A stretch of DNA of 63,740 bases from a virus. Its lineage: Duplodnaviria > Caudoviricetes. The translations under genes were made by a program, and so were the position numbers. How positions within the stretch are numbered: position 1 is the stretch's first letter; each line of letters begins with the position of its first letter. The notes under the pieces are model-generated. The model did no database searches. It had not been told where the DNA came from and was given only the letters and a program-made list of their open reading frames with translations. The stretch spans positions 1 to 63,740 of IMG/VR virus record IMGVR_UViG_3300032330_001642; one strand, 5' to 3'. Of the stretch, positions 57,342 through 63,740 are shown piece after piece.

Positions 57342-57946
57342 TAGTACCCGTAATAAATTAATAAATTATTTTCCCAATCAAATGATTTGTATAATCTGAC
57401 AAGTTCAAAGATAGAGTATTCGTATTTCCAACTTGTTGTAACTGAATCACCATTTTCTAAATTATATGGGTCTTCTTTACCCCACCAAGTTGCCACACCC
57501 CACTCCATAGCCATACTTCTACAATGTTCTATGCAAAGATACAAACTTTTTTTATATTCCGGTGTTAATTCAGTTAAATCTATATTAAAATCTTTTGTTT
57601 CCGGATTCCAAAATGATTTTAACATTTCATCATAGTATTTTCTAACATTATTTGAATAATGTGTAATAATATGTTCAAAGAAATCTTTACCCACAATATG
57701 AAAATCGTGGTCACCAGTATAATAATCTTGAGTTTCTTTATTTCTAAAAAAAGGTGTGTAAAATTTACTATCATCAAACTCGGTGTATTTCCCAAGTTCA
57801 TATAGTTGTTTACATAAATCATTCAGACCAACATAACCATCTTCAGGGTCTTCATCGTGTAATTTGCACAACTCCTCTATAGATAAGTCCGTTATTGTCT
57901 CCCATTTAGTTTTTGGTATTTTACCAATATAAGTTCTGTACCCCAT
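57341..57946 (-). CDS. hypothetical protein
   Basis: 201-aa ORF. Confidence 0.7.
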   Translation of the reverse strand: MGYRTYIGKIPKTKWETITDLSIEELCKLHDEDPEDGYVGLNDLCKQLYELGKYTEFDDSKFYTPFFRNKETQDYYTGDHDFHIVGKDFFEHIITHYSNNVRKYYDEMLKSFWNPETKDFNIDLTELTPEYKKSLYLCIEHCRSMAMEWGVATWWGKEDPYNLENGDSVTTSWKYEYSIFELVRLYKSFDWENNLLIYYGY

Positions 57947-57993
57947 AAATCTATTTTTTATAAAAAAATATGTAAAAAAAATGGGATTATCAA

Positions 57994-58848
57994 CTATATT
58001 ACACCTTGTATTAGTTTTAAAGCTCGAGTTTTTCTTTCTTCTTGACTTAGATTATACGCTCTAGCCAATCTTGTTAAACCAATTCCGGCACCAAACCTTG
58101 GGAAGAAGTCCAAAGATAAAAATTCTTCCAATTCTTTCTCAACTCTTTCTTTTCCGAACAATTCAAATAATTTTGAACAATACCCACCATTTTCTATGGT
58201 GTAGAACATCTCTCTCATTTTTTCAACATCACAACTTCTCTCAGCAGAACCGATTGTTTCTTGTCCAAACATAATAACGTCTACTTTATTGAAGATGTTA
58301 TCTGACCCGTGTTTCATATTCCAAAATGGGTTAGTTCTTAATGGGAAATTTTGAAGGGAAACAATACTACCTTTTTCATTCCACATTCTTGATTCGTGTT
58401 CGTCTTCTAAAATAGACACTCCACCATATTCTTCACACACATCTTCATAGTTTACTTCAACCGGTGTTGAGAATCCTAAAAATTGTAATAACTCAAGTTC
58501 TAAAGCTACCAAGTCTTCCATAGTTCCTTTAGATTCAAACTCAAACATTGGAAAGATTAATTCGTGTCTTCCCGGGATTGGATTTTTCTCTTCTCTGTAT
58601 GATGTTGAAATACAGAATACACCATCCCATTCAGGATTTTTTAATAACTCATACTCTAGCCACATTTGACCTGTCTGTGGTAATGGCCAAATTTCTCCAC
58701 TGTATTCAAATGTTTTTACTGAATGTGGATTTTCACAAGCAGCTAAAATAGATAATCTTGATTGAGATGGAACCTCAATAAAGTTCTTACTAACAAAGAA
58801 CGTTCTCATTTTTTGTACCAATTCGTGGTAAGTTTTTGTGTTTTTCAT
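57994..58848 (-). CDS. class II AsnRS/AspRS catalytic-domain-only protein (archaeal-type asparagine synthetase-like)
   Basis: LPQTGQ, motif 2 YREE..GRH..F.MFEFE, ETIGSAER, motif 3 GAGIGLTRL; no anticodon-binding OB domain. Confidence 0.8.
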   Translation of the reverse strand: MKNTKTYHELVQKMRTFFVSKNFIEVPSQSRLSILAACENPHSVKTFEYSGEIWPLPQTGQMWLEYELLKNPEWDGVFCISTSYREEKNPIPGRHELIFPMFEFESKGTMEDLVALELELLQFLGFSTPVEVNYEDVCEEYGGVSILEDEHESRMWNEKGSIVSLQNFPLRTNPFWNMKHGSDNIFNKVDVIMFGQETIGSAERSCDVEKMREMFYTIENGGYCSKLFELFGKERVEKELEEFLSLDFFPRFGAGIGLTRLARAYNLSQEERKTRALKLIQGVI

Positions 58849-58885
58849 AGTTTTTATATTTAATTTTTATTGTTTACGTATGGGC

Positions 58886-58916
58886 AAAAAAAATCCCTTC
58901 AATAGAGAAGGGATTT
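58886..58916 (-). terminator. terminator between the Asn leader and the AsnRS-like gene
   Basis: AAATCCCTTC-TCTATT-GAAGGGATTT followed by a T tract. Confidence 0.8.
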
Positions 58917-58921
58917 ACTTG

Positions 58922-58966
58922 TTAAGTAATATAATTGTTCGGCGTGTATAGTTCATATCGTTTCAT
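58922..58966 (-). promoter_or_regulatory. putative leader peptide MKRYELYTPNNYIT
   Basis: 14-aa ORF with tandem Asn codons just before the terminator. Confidence 0.55.
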
Positions 58967-59069
58967 TGGTAATAAATATACTATATTAAGATAAAAAGTC
59001 AATATGTATAAAAAATTAATTTTTTTTATCATATATTTACTAATATGTAAAGATAATTAACATTTACAT

Positions 59070-59255
59070 ATGAACGATGAACAAAAAGCACAACGGTACA
59101 ACCAACTAACATATCATTTTGATAGATTGGCTAATGAAATATCCTCAATTAAAGGTGAGAGTATTGATTTGAATAGAGAACAACTAATACAAATTCAAAA
59201 ATTACAAGAACAACAGGGTAAAATTATGTCAGAACTTCAACGAATGATGAATTAG
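59070..59255 (+). CDS. small coiled-coil protein
   Basis: ORF. Confidence 0.6.
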   Translation: MNDEQKAQRYNQLTYHFDRLANEISSIKGESIDLNREQLIQIQKLQEQQGKIMSELQRMMN

Positions 59256-59279
59256 TAGTATTTATTATAAAAACAAATT

Positions 59280-59633
59280 ATGATAATAGCGAAAATTAAC
59301 CCAACAGTAAGTTATACAACTCAAGTCGGACCATTTAGTTCTGTTACGGTTACTTGTGAATATATGGCAACGGCAACTGCGGAATATAAACCAGGTTCTT
59401 CAACAAATCCCTTCAAAGTAATGTTTGGACATTTTGTATATAATGATGAACAAGACCCAACTAAACGAACCGGGTTTAAGAATGATTATTATATGACAAC
59501 AATTTTGACTAGTGAAGAATTATCTAATTGGGGTACTGATGACACACAAATGGTTTTAGCTGTTGCAACAAATTTAAGTTTAACCGTTGTTGAATACATA
59601 AACGTAGACTTTTTAGTTAATTTCCCATCATAA
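59280..59633 (+). CDS. hypothetical protein
   Basis: ORF; TATTTAT upstream. Confidence 0.65.
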   Translation: MIIAKINPTVSYTTQVGPFSSVTVTCEYMATATAEYKPGSSTNPFKVMFGHFVYNDEQDPTKRTGFKNDYYMTTILTSEELSNWGTDDTQMVLAVATNLSLTVVEYINVDFLVNFPS

Positions 59634-59634
59634 T

Positions 59635-59874
59635 ATGAATAAGATTGTTAAATTATCAGAAACAGACTTAACTAACATTATTAAACGTGTTATCTCAGAG
59701 TCTGATGAATATTATAAACCCGACCAATTATATAGACGAGAATCTATGATTAAAAGAATTGAGAGAGGTCCAAAATTTATTCATAAATACATCAAAACAT
59801 TACCTCACTTAAAAAAAGAAGGGTCTGATGAAGTATGGACTAAAATACCTCAAGTTGTTTGGCAAAATATATAA
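59635..59874 (+). CDS. hypothetical protein with shared N-terminal motif
   Basis: MNKIVKLSETDLTNIIKRVISE. Confidence 0.65.
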   Translation: MNKIVKLSETDLTNIIKRVISESDEYYKPDQLYRRESMIKRIERGPKFIHKYIKTLPHLKKEGSDEVWTKIPQVVWQNI

Positions 59875-59880
59875 ATAAAA

Positions 59881-59900
59881 AACCCCCAATTAAGGGGGTT
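59881..59900. terminator. repeated bidirectional terminator, copy 4
   Basis: AACCCCCAATTAAGGGGGTT. Confidence 0.85.
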
Positions 59901-59905
59901 TTTTA

Positions 59906-60598
59906 TTATACAAACTCTATTTCGTTTGTTTCCGGATTCCAATCAATAGTCATTGGTTTTTGAGTGTAGATGTATCTCTCATCTAACACTGCAGAGTTAA
60001 AGTGATGAGTATCCCCTTTTCTAACGTAACCATATCCGGTGTGGATGTGACCAACATTATGAAGTTTAACATTTAATCTCTCTAATCTTTCAACTAATAA
60101 CTCGCAACCTAAATTATCGTATCTTCTACCATCAACGGTATCTAAGATTCCAAACGCCGGTCCGTGAGTAAGTAAGATGTCGGTATCATCAGGGATTGCC
60201 TCCCATTTACCCGCCAATGTTAAACCATTTTTTTGAAGGTTGAAAGCCCAATCGTGAAACCAAGGCTGCCAAGGGCTACCATAGATTTTTACTTCTCTTT
60301 CATCACCAACTTTGATTACCAATTCACTATCTTGAAGATAAGTTATTCCTGAGTAGAAATCTAATATTTCTTTTACCTTCTCAACATTATCCTGAAATCC
60401 CCAATCGTGATTCCCGGCAATAAATACCTTGTGAGTATAACCTTCGATGTTGTTGAACCACTTACAGAACTCTCTGATTTCGTGTTCGTAACCCATAGAT
60501 GTTAAATCACCACTATGTACCAACAAATCACCTCCCGGTAAATCACCGGTTATTTGTTTGTGTTTGTTGTGTGTATCACTTATAAATGTAACTCTCAT
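59906..60598 (-). CDS. metallophosphoesterase (MPPED/239FB-like)
   Basis: ISDTH, HSGD, IAGNHD, THGP, GHIH. Confidence 0.9.
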   Translation of the reverse strand: MRVTFISDTHNKHKQITGDLPGGDLLVHSGDLTSMGYEHEIREFCKWFNNIEGYTHKVFIAGNHDWGFQDNVEKVKEILDFYSGITYLQDSELVIKVGDEREVKIYGSPWQPWFHDWAFNLQKNGLTLAGKWEAIPDDTDILLTHGPAFGILDTVDGRRYDNLGCELLVERLERLNVKLHNVGHIHTGYGYVRKGDTHHFNSAVLDERYIYTQKPMTIDWNPETNEIEFV

Positions 60599-60997
60599 AA
60601 TTTCTTTATTTTTTATTGGCCATTCTTTTGCTTTGTGCCTTGTTGAATGTCCTTTAGTATTTTCAATCATTTTCTTCTTCGTCTTCTTCTTCGTTAAAAA
60701 AATCTTTACCTTTATAATCGGGGTGATTTCTTTTCATATAATCAATTCCTTCAACCCATAAGATAATTACCCCTGAGAAAGCTAAACCAATTACAATCCA
60801 CAATATTGTTTCAGTACTCATTATACACCGTGTTTTTTAATTCTTAATTCTTTATGTCGTTCTTCATCACCCGGATTATCATATCCCCAAGTTAAAACGT
60901 ATTCAAGAGTGATTAACTCTTTATATTCTTCAACGGTTAAATTACCTCGTAATTCTTCAGCGACTTTATCCCAAACTTCGTCAAATGTACTCATATC

Positions 60998-61645
60998 TTA
61001 ATCCCACCATCCTTCGATGTTTTCTTCCATTATTTTGAATAACAATTTTCTAGCTCTATCGTGGTTGATATGACCGATATTCATTGCAATTCTTTGTTTT
61101 TTATCGGTACTAACGTTATCGTGGTCTTCTAACGAAAAAATACCTTCACCATTTATTACTCTTTTGTAAATTAATGGGTATTTCTTGAAGTAATCGTCAA
61201 AATTCTCTTCTAACAATCGTGATTCCCAAGAACTATAACCTTCTTTCCCCGGTACAGGTTCAAACCAATGTTTTGTTTTATGATAATCTGAGTATTCTGA
61301 AGAATAAAACTCATCTTGAACTAACCCCATCAATTTTACACACAATCTCATTCGTTTTGCATCTAACTGTGCTCGGGTATGGAAATCTCTACGTCCAATA
61401 TAGTCCGCTTGAGAGGTTAATTTATGTTTCATTATATCAAAGATGTAACTACTATCCCAATTTCGGTCTTTCCATATGATTGGGAACCAATAAATTAAGT
61501 TTTTCACACCTCTTTTGATTTCAAGGTGTAAATACCTACCATCGTGTTTCCACCATAGTGGAATAAATCGTAATTTTCTCATAATCCACGATTCTTTGTC
61601 TCTTTTTTCCGCCCATTCGTCGAATATGTCTTTTTCTGGCTCCAT
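60998..61645 (-). CDS. hypothetical protein
   Basis: 215-aa ORF ending GWWD; TATCTTTG upstream. Confidence 0.7.
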   Translation of the reverse strand: MEPEKDIFDEWAEKRDKESWIMRKLRFIPLWWKHDGRYLHLEIKRGVKNLIYWFPIIWKDRNWDSSYIFDIMKHKLTSQADYIGRRDFHTRAQLDAKRMRLCVKLMGLVQDEFYSSEYSDYHKTKHWFEPVPGKEGYSSWESRLLEENFDDYFKKYPLIYKRVINGEGIFSLEDHDNVSTDKKQRIAMNIGHINHDRARKLLFKIMEENIEGWWD

Positions 61646-61805
61646 TTCTAATATTTTTTACAAAGATAATACATTTTTTCAAATAAAAAAAGGAATTAGT
61701 AAAAAACTAACTCCTTTTTTTGGGGAAAGATATATAGGCACTCTGATGTGAGTGATAGAACTTATAAATATGTGTAAAAATTAAAAAAAATAACGATAAT
61801 TCACA

Positions 61806-62024
61806 TTATAACACCATTTTTTCTATTTTTTCACTTTGTTCTTCATAATTTACACGAAAATCATTGGATAATGTGATTTTTAAGTCCTCAGTCATCTCAA
61901 ATCTCCATTTATTTAGAAAATTACTGAATAAATTATCGGAACATTTCATATGAACATCAGTCTCTGATGAAAATAACACTTTTTTTACCCAATTAAACTC
62001 TTCGGTCATTATAAAAACATCCAT
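61806..62024 (-). CDS. hypothetical protein
   Basis: ORF. Confidence 0.5.
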   Translation of the reverse strand: MDVFIMTEEFNWVKKVLFSSETDVHMKCSDNLFSNFLNKWRFEMTEDLKITLSNDFRVNYEEQSEKIEKMVL

Positions 62025-62025
62025 A

Positions 62026-62247
62026 TTACTTAAATTTACCCATATTTTTAGACATTTTCATTAAATCACCCATCATTTTACTCATATCAGGCAGTTGACC
62101 GGGATTCATACCTCCCAATGGAGAATTTTTAAGTTCTGTAAAGGTTTTGAAGAGTGTTTTTCCATATTTCTTCCACCAATATATAATACATCCACAAATT
62201 GCGACCTGTACTATAATAAAAATCGTTAAAATTACATTTAGATACAT
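62026..62247 (-). CDS. small TM protein
   Basis: N-terminal TM helix. Confidence 0.6.
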   Translation of the reverse strand: MYLNVILTIFIIVQVAICGCIIYWWKKYGKTLFKTFTELKNSPLGGMNPGQLPDMSKMMGDLMKMSKNMGKFK

Positions 62248-62312
62248 AGTTTTTTCTTTAATTATATAAAATTAATTGATAAAGGTCAAATATTGAACTA
62301 TATTTATTGAAT

Positions 62313-62582
62313 ATGAAAAAAGCGTTTGAATATTACTTAAATAAACTCTTAAAAAAAGAGATTGACCAACTTTTTGGTACCGATAGTACCATTGTGGTTA
62401 ACTTTATCAAATATTCAACAAATAATAAGTCGTTAACTATCGATTGTAAGTTATTAACTACAGACCCGGAGATATGTGTTGAAACATATCCCGTGGGTTT
62501 GGAGTGTTTGGTGATGGAGAGTTGGAAATTTATGGGTTGTCAGGAAAATATCTCGTTAACCCATTCAATTGACCTTAAATAA
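62313..62582 (+). CDS. hypothetical protein
   Basis: ORF. Confidence 0.55.
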   Translation: MKKAFEYYLNKLLKKEIDQLFGTDSTIVVNFIKYSTNNKSLTIDCKLLTTDPEICVETYPVGLECLVMESWKFMGCQENISLTHSIDLK

Positions 62583-62769
62583 ATAGGTGTAAATCTGACT
62601 GAATTAAACCTTCATTGACAAACTCTTCAAACACGTCTTGAACAACCTCTGAAAAGTGTCTTTTCAGGTCGTTACTTTTTAATCTTGTTACTTCATTTGA
62701 GAATTCTTTGAATACTCCTGAAAGATGAGCGAAATAGTACATTTCCTCAACGTGTTCTTCGTTTGACAT
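62575..62769 (-). CDS. hypothetical protein
   Basis: ORF. Confidence 0.55.
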   Translation of the reverse strand: MSNEEHVEEMYYFAHLSGVFKEFSNEVTRLKSNDLKRHFSEVVQDVFEEFVNEGLIQSDLHLFI

Positions 62770-62891
62770 AAAAAATTATAAGGTGTTAGGGGGTTTATAT
62801 ATTGATAAGTATACGATATTTTATCTTTTTAATCAAATACATTTGATTATTTATTTTTTTATTATTATCTTTATCAAAATTAGAAAAACTT

Positions 62892-63317
62892 ATGAGAAAA
62901 ATTCAAAGCGGTGATAACGTAAAAGTTCACTACACAGGTAAATTAGAAGATGGGTCAATTTTTGATACTTCATTAGCTGAAGGTCGTGAACCATTAGAAA
63001 CTACACTAGGTCAAGGTCAATTAATTAAAGGTTTTGAAGCCGGATTAATCGATATGTCTGAAGGTGAGAAAAAAACAATTGAGATTGAATCGGCCGATGC
63101 TTACGGTGAACACAATCCGGAAATGATTAATGAAATTCCAAGAGCTCAAGTTCCTGAAGGAGTTAAGGAAGGTGAAATGTTACAAGGTATGGGACCAATG
63201 GGGCCTGTAAATGTAAAAGTTGTTGAAGTTAAAGAAGAAACTGTTATTCTTGATGCAAACCACCCTCTTGCTGGTAAAAAATTAATCTTTGATTTAGAAG
63301 TAGTTAGTATCTCGTAA
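62892..63317 (+). CDS. FKBP-type peptidyl-prolyl isomerase (SlyD/SlpA-like)
   Basis: VKVHYTGKLEDG, LIKGFE, AYG, DANHPLAGKKLIF. Confidence 0.93.
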   Translation: MRKIQSGDNVKVHYTGKLEDGSIFDTSLAEGREPLETTLGQGQLIKGFEAGLIDMSEGEKKTIEIESADAYGEHNPEMINEIPRAQVPEGVKEGEMLQGMGPMGPVNVKVVEVKEETVILDANHPLAGKKLIFDLEVVSIS

Positions 63318-63401
63318 TGAGATATTAACTTTTTTTTGTTAATAAAGTTGTTTGTTCAAAATTTTATTCATACATTTGTTGAAACATTAAAACTTAAAAT
63401 T

Positions 63402-63740
63402 ATGAATGAAAAATTGAAGAGGTTGAAAGACAAAGTTGCACCATTTTTTAAGAGTGTAACAATTTATGGTATTATTTTGTGTTCTGTCGTTGCGGCATTC
63501 TTTGTGGGTATTTTTTACAACCAAATGACCAATAAAGACAAAGCATCAAAGGTTCAAGTTAGAACAATTGTTAAGTCAGAAGTGAATTTGGCGATTGATG
63601 AAAACAATCATTTAATTGTCATTGAGAAAAAAACAGGTAATTATAGTATATACCAAGATTCAATTGGGAAAACTATTTTTAAGCTATACGCCAAAAACGT
63701 ATGGGGTCAAAACAATACTGTTGCGACATCAACTATAAAA
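63402..63740 (+). CDS. TM protein, open to the window end
   Basis: ORF with one TM helix; TACATTTG upstream. Confidence 0.6.
   Translation, partial: MNEKLKRLKDKVAPFFKSVTIYGIILCSVVAAFFVGIFYNQMTNKDKASKVQVRTIVKSEVNLAIDENNHLIVIEKKTGNYSIYQDSIGKTIFKLYAKNVWGQNNTVATSTIK

Noticed and set aside
57994-58848. Complete asparaginyl-tRNA synthetase
   Set aside because: It is only 284 aa and lacks the N-terminal anticodon-binding domain.
1-63740. Alternative genetic code (stop-codon reassignment)
   Set aside because: Long conserved genes are intact in code 11, TAG and TGA end genes at sensible places, and no CTA/TCA suppressor tRNA was seen.

Overview
AT-rich, gene-dense segment of a large (jumbo-type) tailed phage genome in the standard genetic code. 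The host is very likely Bacteroidota: TAnnTTTG promoters recur, there are lipoproteins, and one protein has a T9SS-type C-terminal domain. The window holds an RNA-repair cluster (Rnl1 ligase, P-loop kinase, phosphoesterase, receiver-like and HAD proteins) and a ~10.5 kb minus-strand region of about 30 tRNAs in two operons, interleaved with tRNA-like and structured non-coding elements. It also holds homing-type endonucleases, DnaK, an FKBP PPIase, RmlC, an acyl-CoA thioesterase, an AsnRS-like enzyme, a GH19 endolysin and a cohesin/dockerin/CsgG/T9SS surface module. Main finding: each tRNA operon is preceded by a short leader ORF plus an intrinsic terminator. Each leader contains an 8-nt antiterminator match to its terminator, and its codons inventory, to isoacceptor level, the tRNAs of the operon it precedes. 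This suggests a ribosome-mediated attenuator that senses tRNA shortage. Two stop-codon/hairpin uORF switches (TAG and TGA) and an Asn-Asn leader before the AsnRS-like gene suggest a wider translation-sensing network. All calls come from manual reading, with no database searches; RNA coordinates may be off by 1-2 nt.
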